From assembly GCA_002269645.1 (NCBI GenBank), contig NIVC01000939.1, positions 124,001 to 188,000 of the forward strand: a DNA stretch of 64,000 bases, in the 5' to 3' direction. The position numbers and the translations under genes are program-made. This stretch comes from Macrostomum lignano. Taxonomy: Eukaryota. Of the stretch, positions 33,866 to 45,455 are shown one piece after another (the stretch's first letter is position 1; every line of letters starts with the position of its first letter). The notes below the pieces were generated by a model. That model worked only from the letters and a program-made list of their open reading frames with translations. It made no database searches and had not been told where the DNA came from.

Positions 33866-34394
33866 GGTTTAATTGGAGGCCGGTTAACTTTAAAGTACAA
33901 TTGATGTATTGCAGCAATCGTTAGAGCAATTTTATCTTACCATGCAAAATGAATTGCTAATTTGTGTTCTCCGTGTCTGTGCAGCCGCATTTCACCTGTG
34001 CATTGAGCTGGAATCCACCACCACCTCACGGATGCGTGGGGTGTTGCGAAAACCTTTAGCCACTGTATTGCGCTCATGATCCTTGTGCTTGCTGAGAACT
34101 GCTTGCAGATCCAACTCTGACTGAACACCTGCTTGAGCAGTTAGTTAATTGTACTAAAAATAGAATAAATTTTGTTATCAGTTTTCTGTTAGCTTTTATT
34201 AAGAGTTGGTCATAGTTTTTTATGCATTTGAAAATGCAATGTCAAAGTGTTTTGCCGTCTGGTTTTTTATTATATGAGTCAGTCTTTAGGCTTTTTTAAG
34301 TTGGTTAAACTTATGCGAACTGGGGCAGATCGGCTTTATTATACCATGCAAGCACATTTGGCGTCCTGAAATACCCCTCAGTGACCCCAATGCC

Positions 34395-35400
34395 CAAATC
34401 CCATAGATTAGGGATCGAATCCCATAGATTAGGAATCGAGTCCCATAGATTAAGGATCGAATCTCATAGATTAGGAATCGAATCCCATAGATTAGGAATC
34501 GAATCCCATAGATTAAGGATCGAATCCCGTAGATTAAGGATCGAATCTCATAGATTAGGAATCGAATCCCATAGATTAGAAATCAAATCCCATAGATTAG
34601 GAATCGAATCCCGTAGATTAAGGATCGAATCCCATAAATTAGAAATCGAATCCCATAGATTAAGGATCGAATCCCATAGATTAAGGATCGAATCCCATAG
34701 ATTAAGGATCGAATCCCATAGATTAAGGATCGAATCCCATAGATTAAGGATCGAATCCCATAGTTTTAGGATCGAATCCCGTAGATTAAGGATCGAATCT
34801 CATAGATTAGGAATCGAATCCCATAGATTAAGGATCGAATCCCGTAGATTAAGGATCGAATCTCATAGATTAGGAATCGAATCCCATAGATTAGAAATCA
34901 AATCCCATAGATTAGGAATCGAATCCCGTAGATTAAGGATCGAATCCCATAAATTAGAAATCGAATCCCATAGATTAAGGATCGAATCCCATAGATTAAG
35001 GATCGAATCCCATAGATTAAGGATCGAATCCCATAGATTAAGGATCGAATCCCATAGTTTTAGGATCAAATCCCATAGATTAAGGATCGAATCCCGTAGA
35101 TTAAGGATCGAATCTCATAGATTAGGAATCGAATCCCATAGATTAGAAATCAAATCCCATAGATTAGGAATCGAATCCCGTAGATTAAGGATCGAATCTC
35201 ATAGATTAGGAATCGAATCCCATAGATTAGAAATCAAATCCCATAGATTAGGAATCGAATCCCATAAATTAGAAATCGAATCCCATAGATTAAGGATCGA
35301 ATCCCATAGATTAAGGATCGAATCCCATAGATTAAGGATCGAATCCCATAGATTAAGGATCGAATCCCATAGTTTTAGGATCAAATCCCATAGCGTAGGG
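34395..35400. repeat. 21-bp minisatellite (GAATCCCATAGATTAAGGATC)
   Basis: About 47 units upstream of the first recognisable lipase exon. Confidence 0.95.
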
Positions 35401-35464
35401 CTCAAATCTCCATAAGTTAGGAATAATTTAACCGATAGCAATCCACCGCCCCTTTCGTTCGCAG

Positions 35465-36634
35465 GCCGCAGTGGTGCTGGTGCCCGGGCTGATGGGCTGG
35501 GGCCCCGAGGAGATGGAGACGCCGCACGGTCAGGTGCCGTACTGGGACACTGGTGTGGCCGAGGACACGGACAGCTGCGGCCTGCCGCTGCTGCAGGCGT
35601 CTGTCGGGCCGGTCAGCTCGCAGCACGACCGCGCCTGCGAGCTCTTCGCCCAGATGCTCGGCCTGCGCACCGACTTTGGCGCCGAACACTCGGCCGAGTT
35701 CGGACATGACCGCTGGGGCTCAGATTTCAGCAGCCGGCCGGGGCTCTGGCCGGACTGGGGTCCGGACAGCCCATGCCATTTCGTTGGACACTCGGCCGGA
35801 GGGAATACGATAAGGTTAGTCCGGGGCCCGAATCCTCTAGCTTTGGGATTAGCGCCTATAGAGTTGGGATCTAATTCCGTAGCTTTGGGATTAACGCCTA
35901 TAGAGTGGGGATCGAATCCCGTAGCTTTGGGATTAGCGCCTATAGAGTGGGGATCGAATCCCGTAGCTTTGTAATTGGCGCCTATAGAGTGGGGATCGAA
36001 CCCTGTAGCTTTGGGATTAGCGCCTATAGAGTGGGGATCGAATCCCGTAGCTTTGGGATTAGCGCCTATAGAGTGGGGATCGAATCCTATAGCTTTGGGA
36101 TTGGCGCCTATAGAGTGGGGATCGAATCCCGTAGCTTTGGGATTAACGTCTAAAGAGTGGGGATCGAATCCCGTAGATTGAAGATTGAATCCCACAGATT
36201 AATGATCGTGGACCATGGATTGAGGATAAATTGCCATGTGGGGATAAATTTCCAGAGGCTAGAGATCTATATAAGGGGTTCTACAGTAGCACTTCTGACA
36301 ATCGCGATGCCCCCCAAACCCCGGCAGGCTGCTGCAGTACCTCTTGGCCACGGACTTCTGGGGCAGGGGCACCAGTGCGGCCTGGGTGAAGTCCGTCACC
36401 TGCATCGCCAGCCCGCTGAACGGGTCTACGGCCACCTACCTGTACGGCTCCAGCCGGGACACCGGGCTGTTCCAGTGGCCCAGCCTGGTGCCGCTGGTCA
36501 GCTGCGTGGAGCTCATCGAGACTCTGCAGGGAGTGCCGAGCGAGCGGCGGGGCCGCCTGCGACACTGGCGGCTGGAGCACTGGGGCGTTGAGAATGAGGA
36601 CTTCAGGTGGGCTGAGCTGACTGACTGACTGACT

Positions 36635-36666
<32 letters not shown>

Positions 36667-36694
36667 GACTGACTGACTGACTGACTGACTGACT

Positions 36695-36726
<32 letters not shown>

Positions 36727-37608
36727 GACTGACTGACTGACTGACTGACTGACTGACTGACTGACTGACTGACTGACTGACTGACTGACTGACTGAATGA
36801 CTGACTGACTGACTGACTGACTGACTGACTGACTGACTGAATGACTGACTGACTGACTGACTGACTGACTGACTGACTGACACCCCCATCCCGCAGGTCC
36901 TACTCCCGCCTGAACGCCAAGCTGCGCGGCCCCAGCCGGGTCTTCCTGACCGGCAAGGACAACCTGTCCTACGACATCAGCCTGGAGGGCGCCCTAGAGC
37001 TCAACGGCAGGATCGGCGCCGACCAGCCCGACTGCCACTACCTCAGCGTCCTCACCTGCTGCACCTCCTCTGCGCTTGGTGGCTTCGTACGGCCCTCTGG
37101 CCACTGCGGCGCCTTCCTCCTGCTGCCCTGCGCCTTCATGTGCGCCGAGCGCGTCGACCACCGCCTGCCCGGCGCCGACGTCGCCGACTGGCGCCACAAC
37201 GACGGCCTCGTGCCGCTGGCCAGCCAGCGCATGCCGCTTTTTGGCGCCAAGCGGCCGGCGCCTATTCAGCTGGACGGCGACGATGGCGCCGGCGGCGACA
37301 CGCCGGACAGCAGCAGCAGCAGCTGGCGCCTCAGCGAGGCCGGCCGCTGGCACTGCGTGTGGGCCAACCGCCTGGCCGGTGACTCCGGCACTGACTGGGA
37401 CCACAACGACCCCGTGTTCGGCCGCTCCCTCATCTGGGAGCCGCCGCGCCAGCGCTGGAGTTTCACCGCCGCTCTGCTAGACGGCGCCGCTGCCGCCGCG
37501 CGCTGGCTGGGGCTGCGCCGGGAGGGCGGCAGCTTCGCCAAGGTGGCGCGGGACAAACAGAAGACTTTCTATGAGAGACTGTACCGGCTGCTGGCCGAGA
37601 TCCCCTGA
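35465..37608 (+). CDS. Alpha/beta-hydrolase lipase resembling bacterial family I.5/I.6 (Geobacillus/Staphylococcus) lipases; exons 35465-35814, 36328-36606, 36897-37608; start exon not located
   Basis: VVLVPGLMGWG, VGPVSSQHDRACELFAQ, DFGAEHSAEFGHDRWG, nucleophile GHSAGG, IASPLNGS, YDISLEGALELN, WRHNDGLV (Asp), DH (His), FYERLYRLLAEI. Both introns are phase-2 GT-AG and in frame. Confidence 0.85.
35815..36185. repeat. 42-bp intronic minisatellite sharing the GGATCGAATCCC core with the 21-bp array
   Basis: GAATCCCGTAGCTTTGGGATTAGCGCCTATAGAGTGGGGATC, about 8-9 units. Confidence 0.9.
36613..36880. repeat. (CTGA)n microsatellite filling lipase intron 36607-36896
   Basis: Direct observation. Confidence 0.95.
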
Positions 37609-38400
37609 CTGTACCGGCTGCTGGCCGAGATCCCCTGACTGTACCGGCTGCTGGCCAAGATCCCCTGACTGAACCGGCTGCTGGCCGAGATCCCCTGACT
37701 GGGATCTCATTCTGTGTCTGTGTGATCTCATTCTGTATCTGTAGGATCTCATTCTGTATCTGTGTGATCTCATTCTGTGTCTGCGTGATCTCATTCTGTA
37801 TCTGTAGGATCTCATTCTGTATCTGTGGGATCTCATTCTGTATCTGTGGGATCTCATTCTGTGTCTGTGTGATCTCATTCTGTATCTGTAGGATCTCATT
37901 CTGTATCTGTGGGATCTCATTCTGTGTCTGTGTGATCTCATTATGTATCTGTGTGATCTCATTCTGTATCTGTGTGATCTCATTCTGTGTGATCTCATTC
38001 TGTATCTGTAGGATCTCATTCTGTATCTGTGTGATCTCATTCTGTGTGATCTCATTCTGTATCTGTAGGATCTCATTCTGTATCTGTGGGATCTCATTCT
38101 GTATCTGTGTGATCTCATTCTGTGTCTGTGTGATCTCATTCTGTATCTGTGTGATCTCGTTCTGTGTCTGTGTGATCTCATTCTGTGTCTGTGTGATCTC
38201 ATTCTGTGTCTGTGTGATCTCATTCTGTGTCTGTGGGATCTCATTCTGTATCTGTGGGATCTCATTCTGTGTCTGTGTGATCTTATTCTGTATCTGTGGG
38301 ATCTCAGTATATCTGTGGGATCTCATCAAATCCGTGGGATCTCAGTCTATCTGTGGGATCTCATCAAATCTGTGAGATCTCATCAAATCTGTGAGATCTC
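37577..38400. repeat. 30-bp x4 duplication of the lipase stop-codon region followed by a 21-bp minisatellite (GATCTCATTCTGTATCTGTGT)
   Basis: GACTGTACCGGCTGCTGGCCGAGATCCCCT repeats at 37577-37700; 21-bp array at 37700-38400. Confidence 0.9.
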
Positions 38401-39050
38401 ATCATTCGCATAGGGATCCAAACGTGTTTTTATTCAGCAAGTCTCAGCCAGCCTGTGACTGCCTGGGTCAGTGGCTCATTGATTTATGAGTTTGCAATTC
38501 CCTCTGACGAATCAAACTGATTGCCCTTGACAGATTGATAAGCATAAGTATTGTGTTTTTATTTCAAGCGAGTGCATTTCCACTGCAATTTTCAATCCCC
38601 TGTTAGGGAAACCTTTCTGTTCTATTCTAATTATTTTTATATTGAACAGCTTTTCTGATTAATTTGTCCTCTAATCTTGATTTTGTTTTGAGATACCGCA
38701 CGGAAGCCGTTAGCATTGAGCTGTGATTTTTGAGCCCGAGCTCGGAAGTTTTAATTACATCGAATATAAATACTTTTATTCAGTTTTCTGTTCGACTGCA
38801 GAAGTACCGATTTGTGGCTGCGATGTTCATAAACCTGAGTTGTTTTTGACGGCTTTAATATTCACTCTTATATTTATTTTCTGATCGCAGGGGTCGCTTA
38901 TCCAGCCGCTATATGTACATGTGAATGATAGGCTTCTTACTAATCTTTTAATCTTTTAATAATTAAAAGATTATGTGAATAATATTTTTTAAATTATTTT
39001 TTTAGACTAATTGGCACAAGGGGCTAGCCCCTCAATTTCCCTTAATGTAT

Positions 39051-39355
39051 TGCTGTGACTTTTAATGCAAATAAAGTAGAGTTGAAAACGCTTAATTGAA
39101 GTTTGTAATTAACGAGAGAGGCCAGAGGCTAGAGAGCCCGTGCGCGAGCCTAAATAACTGATTTGCCGATTTATTGATTTCAGTAGATAAGAGATGTGGG
39201 GGGTTGAATGTACATTTATAAGGAGAAAGATAAGCGATGGACGACGGGGGTGGCGTGCATGGGTGGCCGAGGTGCTGATCAATTAAGAATGGATGGTTGG
39301 GCAGATAGGGGAGCAAGTGCAGGCGCACTCGTACTCAAATAACAATTTAGCGACA
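39051..39355 (-). mobile_element. Probable solo LTR (305 bp), TG...CA, 5-bp TSD TGTAT
   Basis: tgtat at 39046-39050 and 39356-39360. The minus strand has TATAAAT followed by AATAAA. Confidence 0.6.
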
Positions 39356-39589
39356 TGTATTTTTTATGCCTCTCAGGGGGATATTCTCTTATTTCAATCC
39401 TATTTCGAGTTATCCTGGTCATAACTTTACACAAATTATCATTTAAAAGTGCCTCCTTGAATGCCCCTAGGCCCCCGGGGTCCCCTAGATTGCCACTAAG
39501 CCATTTTCTACTGGGAGACGATCGAGGATCAACGCCAACTTCGACCAGCTCAAGGAGCTGCTGATGAAGTAATTCCAGCTTGATCCCGC

Positions 39590-41920
39590 CCCAGTACCAG
39601 GAAGCTGGTAAAAGCCAACATCCTGGAGCTGACCGTCTCCTGACTGCTGGGCCTGCCTGCACAACCGCGGCGCCGGCAGAGGCCGCCGACGGCCGCTGGT
39701 TCGGTGCGCTTCGGACGCCTCGAAGACTTCGGCGATTCAGGCCGAGGACTCGAACAGCTGGCAAAGTAAAAAACTGGGATCATCACTTTCAGAGACCAAG
39801 TTTTCTGCAAGCCGCGTCCTCTCTGCTTCCTACTCCTATCCGCGTCTAATTGCACTCAAACCCCAAGAATAATGCCTTAAATATACTGACTTGGGCCCGG
39901 CGCCGCCCTACCTGCCTGACTCCTGAGAATTTAGTCTCGTCTGTTTCAACATTACAAGCTAATTAAATACTTCGAGTATAAGTTCACTCAATTCTCTGTA
40001 CCAGCAAAGTACACAGCACCCAAGTCGGAGTTTGACAAACTGCAAATGGGCGTCGTTCGACCGTCCTGCAGTCCGTGGGCTTCGCCGCTTCCCATGGTCA
40101 AGATAGCTGACGGACCCTGGAGACTGCAGCGAATACCGCGCCCTGAACAGCGCTGAAATTACCGACGGGTATCCACTCCCGCATAGCCAACATTTTCACT
40201 ACCAACTCCATGGTAGCCAAATCCTCAGCAAACTTGATTTAGTCAAAGCTTACCACTCGCTAAAACCACAATCTGTACATCGTTTGTTTCTTTCAAGTAT
40301 GTCCGGATGCCGTTTGGTTCGCACCCCTCCGGTTGATACCTTCCAACGCTTCATCGACTCTCGGAGTCGGAGAGCGACCACAACCGGGACGTTCGGGTTG
40401 TCCTACAACGCTTTCATAAAGAGGGCCTTCGAGTTCAGCCGACCAAATGCCAATTCTTCCAAAGCAGCATCGAGTTCCTCGGTCACCCTGATATCAGCAG
40501 TTGAAATCCAGCCACTTCCGTCCCGTGCGGCAGCGCTGCGCCAAATTTCGCCGCCCAAGAGATTTCAAAAGCCTGCAGCGAGTGCTTGGTTTGGGTTCTA
40601 CCAATGTCATGTCCTGAACTACGCCAGAATCGTGCATCCCTTTCAGCCGCTATCTGAAGCCGACTAAAACTGACAGCCCAAGCATAATACCGCTCTCCGA
40701 GAACTGCAAGACTGTTTGGCAGCAGCGACGACTCTAGGTTTGTTCATTCACAATCACAACGGAAGCGAGCTCTTTCGCCATAGGTGCCAGTTTACATCAG
40801 GTCGCGGACGGCGATTCAACACACATCGCATTCTAACTCGCGAAATCTCACCTGCACGGAGATGTCCTATAGCGTGTTGTATTTTCTGCTTCCGTCCGTG
40901 CGGACCGCAGACGGGGTGATCAGGGGTTCGGGTACTGGACTGCCAAAGCTTGCCGGGTGGGATAGGCGAGAGAGTGGCGAAAAACGAGGCGTACGGACAC
41001 TTCGAGGTGGAGGTGGAGAGGCTGGGAGCGTACAGACACTCGGCCAGCCCCACGGAGAGAGGGAGATGCAGATGAGGAGGCTGTGAGCAGGTAGCCACTC
41101 AGCAGCAAAAGCAGAGGTGAGCACGGGTCTGGAGGTGTACAGACACTTCGCAGACCCGAAGGGAGACGGTGGCGAGAGAGGTGAATAATGGATACGGGAC
41201 AAATTAACGAATGCGAACGCTGTCTTACCGGGCGGGGTCACTTGTCGCGCTCATGCAGGCGTGGCCTCTAATATTTCGGCTTGAGTTGACTGTATTTCAA
41301 GTTCAGTCTTCACTTTCACCCAAGCACGCGTAGGGCTAGAGTGGTAGAGAGAGAACAGGGAGGGCGAGGGCCGTGCGAGGGCCGCGCGCGCACATAAATA
41401 CTGGGTGAGCACTGAGCAGGGGACTGGGGTGGGCTTAGCCACGCAGGGCTGGGGGTGGGGGCAAAACTCACAGAGTTGAAGGGCGAGAGGGAAGGCTAGC
41501 CAATCAGGTGCCTCCGCGGCGAGACACATGATTGGACTAGCCCACGCGAGAGAGAGAGATGAAAATACGCCAGCCAATGAAAATGTGGGCTGATGAAAAT
41601 GAGAACAAAAATGAATAGAAGCTTTAGACGGAGGGGGCAAGCCAGAAAAACCAGTGGCAGGGAGAGGAGGGGCGGAGAGCGCAGGGGTCGGGGCAAGGGC
41701 ATTGCGAGGCGCAGCTCACAACAAGCGCATTCGACTGCGAGCTTCTCGGCGTGTTCGCCGCGGTCAAGACGTGGCGATACCTACGAGCGTAATTCAATGA
41801 CATTCAACAACCGTTTTCTGCGACCACAAGCCACTAATCGGAGCTTTTTACAGCAACAAAGAGAGCGCCTCTCTGATCGGCAGAATCGACAACTCGCCAC
41901 GAACATAATCCAGGTAAAAA
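39590..41920 (+). mobile_element. Decayed Ty3/Gypsy pol remnant (RT and RNase H)
   Basis: Frameshifted motifs: FCKPRPL, GVVRPSCSPWASPL, YRALN, YPLP, SKLDLVKAYH, MPFG, TFQRFID, ASSFAIGA, SYSAFDCELL (after removing the insert), DHKPL. Confidence 0.85.
40875..41723. mobile_element. Solo LTR (849 bp) nested in Gypsy RNase H; TGTTGT...ACAACA, 4-bp TSD AGCG
   Basis: agcg at 40871-40874 and 41724-41727. Excision restores TCC TAT AGC GCA TTC GAC TGC GAG CTT CTC = SYSAFDCELL. Confidence 0.85.
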
Positions 41921-42584
41921 ACGATAAAGGCCTTAAATTTTTTTTATCTTTACATTAACGGCGGTCACGCAGCTGTCTCACATTACGAGCTGCACGCTGG
42001 GCAACTTCTTTCATGGAATGAAAAAAAATTAAAAGTTTTTCTTCGTATTATAACAAACTTCTTAAAAAGGTCTTTTTTCTCAGTTTTTACAACTCAATGT
42101 AGCAATTGACACAAAACGCATTCTGCCTTTTTGACTGTTTATAGTGATGGGACCGGAATTATAAAGACAGATCTACAGGTCTTCCACTTGTCGTACATGT
42201 AACTCTTTCTAATCTGTGCTGTACTCTCCGTGACGCTCTCAATACTACTCCAAAGGAGCTAGTAGAGTTAGGGTATGTGGTTAGTAAGGAGAGAATGAAG
42301 TGCAGACGTACCGCGGCGAGTTGGGCAAGGTTAGGGTACCGTGCCGAGAGCAGGCGCCTGAGGTCTTAATACGCGAAATAACAGAGATAGAGAAAATGGC
42401 AGAGATTTTAGGGTGCTCAACGCACCCAATGCACTCTGGTTTGTGGTGGGGGTTTGGTTGGAGTAGATATTTCCAGGTTTGAGATTTTTGTTTTTTTTTT
42501 AGTTTTTCGGGACTGGGTCAAGGTAAGGGGTTAAGTTCAGTTTCAGAGAAAGAGGAGCTTAACCGGCAGACAGGCAGTAAGAGA

Positions 42585-42587
42585 AGC

Positions 42588-42638
<51 letters not shown>

Positions 42639-42640
42639 AA
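42585..42640. repeat. (AGAC)n microsatellite
   Basis: Direct observation. Confidence 0.9.
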
Positions 42641-43917
42641 ATCAGATAGACCGAAAAGCAGATAGAGTGATAGACAGACCGAATGACGGCGACGGACAGA
42701 CAGAAGGGCGGAGAAGGGAGATCACAAAGTTAAAAATTGATATTAGGCAGATAAAAATGTGCAAGTATTATAGATATTTCGAAAATCAAAATGATATATT
42801 ACAAATATTACGGGTCAGGAGTAAAAACGTTTTTCGTTGATTTTATTTTTGAATTAAGTATTGAGGCGAAAAGCCTTTATGTTCAATACTGTAGATGGAA
42901 TGGCAGCAAAGATTTTCGCTGCTTTGAGCGTATATTTATATTTACAAGATTGAGGGGGCCAAGGGAGGTGCGAAAAGGTGGCGTGATAAACTTAGCTAAC
43001 CCCCGGTTAGTCTGGTGCCCCCATCCCACCTCAGCTAGACAGAGACAGAGGTTGGGGGGTTGCAAGTGCGGCTGCACTGGTGCTGGCCGGTCACGTATAT
43101 TCTGGCCGCCACAGTAGAATAAGGATTTTTTCGGAGATTTAAATTTTTAGTCTTTTGGTTTTCGTTTTTAGACTTCGGGCTTGGGTTCGAGATGCTGCTT
43201 ATGCTGCTTATACTATTTAAGCTCTGGGCTTAGTTTTTAGTATAGATAGAGAAGGGAACTTGTCTTCATTTCAGTTATGTACAAGTACTAGGTACGAGGG
43301 CACCTTATGCTCTCGGCTCGGAACACTAACCCTGCCGAACCCCATTCTCTTAAACCGGCAGAAGACGGATGGCACGATTTCGTGCCATAAAGTAATCATA
43401 GTTATTGACGGAACCGAATCTTAGTGTCTAGGGCAATCGTAGATTGCAGAATTTGATACCCCCGTTGCCGACTGACATGGCTCAAAAACGTGCCACGTCC
43501 GTTTTAGTTGGAAAGCTGCTTATTTTCCTATAGGTTAGGTGGCACTGTCTATGGCAATCATCACAGATCAAGAATAGGACCAGGACCAAATGCACACCTG
43601 CGTATATTAAAAACGAATAATAGTATTTGAGGTAGTTAGTACATTTGTATCTTATACGTAGTATAGTATAACACGAACGTAGATCATGCTTTCTGTATTG
43701 ATAACACAAACTAACGCAAAAAGCATTAGTTTTTAGGAAGTCTTGACTATTAATAAATAGAACGAGCTGTGTATAATTGAACTGTATTCGAACAGAAAAA
43801 CACAGTAGAATAGGTGACAGAAAAAGGGAATTCAGATCATGAATAAATAGAAGTGCGCATTGGGCCGCCAAAACTTCATTGTTTTTTTTCAACACAAAAG
43901 CCGCTCATCCCACCATG

Positions 43918-45100
43918 TCAGTTAGGATGAACCATGTGCCAGCAAGCAAAGCAAGCACCCAAACATAATGCAGGAACTCCTCGACAAGCGGCACAAACAG
44001 TCACTGTTCTTTTCACCACGCCATGCTGATAGCACATCCGGCAGCGCTTGCGTGGGCGGCTTTGAGCTCCTTGTATTGGCGCCTTAGTCGGCAAATGAAC
44101 GCCCACACCGACTGCCGCACCCGCACCTGCTGCCGCTCCGGCATCCGCACCTGCTGCCGCTCCGGCATCCGCACCTGCTGCCGCTCCGGCATCCGCACCT
44201 GCTGCCGCTCCGGCATCCGCACCTGCTGCCGCTCCGGCATCCGCACCTGCTGCCGCTCCGGCATCCGCACCTGCTGCCGCTCCGGCATCCGCACCTGCTG
44301 CCGCTCCGGCATCCGCACCTGCTGCCGCTCCGGCATCCGCACCTGCTGCCGCTCCGGCATCCGCACCTGCTGCCGCTCCGGCATCCGCACCTGCTGCCGC
44401 TCCGGCATCCGCACCTGCTGCCGCTCCGGCATCCGCACCTGCTGCCGCTCCGGCATCCGCACCTGCTGCCGCTCCGGCATCCGCACCTGCTGCCACCCAT
44501 GCTGTTAGAGTACTCGAGAGCACGCTAGTCGCGGTTTGGTGACGATCTGAACGCCGCCGCCACGACGAGTGCGCTGAACTTGCCTACATTTGGCCGATCC
44601 AGCGGTGTCCAATACAAAAACAGTCTTGACGCCACTCTGTTTCCTTTCAACAAACTTGCAGGCAAACACATTTCCAGAGCGTGCAATGGCGGAAGAAGTT
44701 GGCTGCAGATTTACAGCCTGCAACAGATTTGGGATGCCGCGGTTTTTGCGCACTGTGCCAGTGAGAAGAACATCCCGTTGCAGCAGCCACGTAGCAAGTC
44801 TGTGCGAAGTGAACCAACTGTCTGTGAAAATATGGTAGCCTAGGTAAAGCAAATTGCGGCACAGCTCAGCCACAACTCTCTCACTCATGGACAAATTTTG
44901 ACAGCCCAGTCCATCACCGAAAAATTGGTTGGCTTCAGTTGATGTATGGATTTCAAAATTCCACAGGTCATGTCGGACTCACAAAGGCAGTACATCTTGA
45001 TTCCGTACTTACTGCTCTTCGTTGGGATGTACTGCTTGAACAACAGTCTTCCCTTGTACAGCACGAGACTTTCGTCAATCGAGAGCCGCTGACGAGGCAT
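43918..45100 (-). mobile_element. piggyBac (PGBD4-like) transposase remnant, 5'-truncated and frameshifted
   Basis: LSIDESLVLYKGRLLFKQYIPTKSSKYGIKMYCLCES, GYHIFTDSWFTS, LTGTVRKNR, and C-terminal CRD RKRCRMC...C..C...LC...CF..WH. The YN..MGGVD segment is missing. TTAA/TIR ends were not resolved. Confidence 0.9.
44120..44495. repeat. 24-bp perfect minisatellite (CCGCACCTGCTGCCGCTCCGGCAT) inside the transposase remnant
   Basis: About 15-16 identical units encoding AGADAGAA in frame with the CRD. Confidence 0.95.
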
Positions 45101-45102
45101 AG

Positions 45103-45455
45103 TTGTTGCAGACTGTCATCGCCAGAGCCAGGAGCAGGCTGAACGAGGCTGATCATTCGGTCCTGACTAATCGCGCAAGTCACTTTTCCAAGTGGTGCAA
45201 AATCATCAGTCCAGAGAACAGAGCGTGCTGTGAAGTGCCAATTTATGTGAATGACTCACTGCCTGTGCACGAACTGAAATCAGGAGATCATCTGCAGATT
45301 AAATCGGACGGAAAGCGGATTCATTGCGAGATCATTGGTATTCAAAATGATGGGCAGTCACTTCCCCTGATACAAAGCAAGTGACAATGAACGCACTGTC
45401 TGAGGACAGGACATCACTGACAGATCACTCGTGACATTACTCTACGAGATAAAAT
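45103..45455 (+). pseudogene. Frameshifted upstream continuation of the multi-LRAT gene
   Basis: ORF 45103-45384 contains TVIARARSRLNEADHSVLTNRASHFSKWC (LRAT C-half pattern) and LKSGDHLQI...H (LRAT N-half pattern), in a different frame from the ORF at 45456. Confidence 0.6.

Noticed and set aside
33251-38375. Long repeat ORFs (IQIPIDG, ESHRLRI, QNEITQT, ISFCVCV)
   Set aside because: Translations of 21-bp minisatellites outside the exons of the supported gene models.
42150-42480. Possible decayed retroelement coding remnant on the minus strand
   Set aside because: Multiple stops and no motif I can confidently assign.
43321-43510. piggyBac terminal inverted repeat
   Set aside because: Local inverted motifs exist (GGCACG/CGTGCC), but no TTAA-flanked TIR pair with a matching partner could be found.
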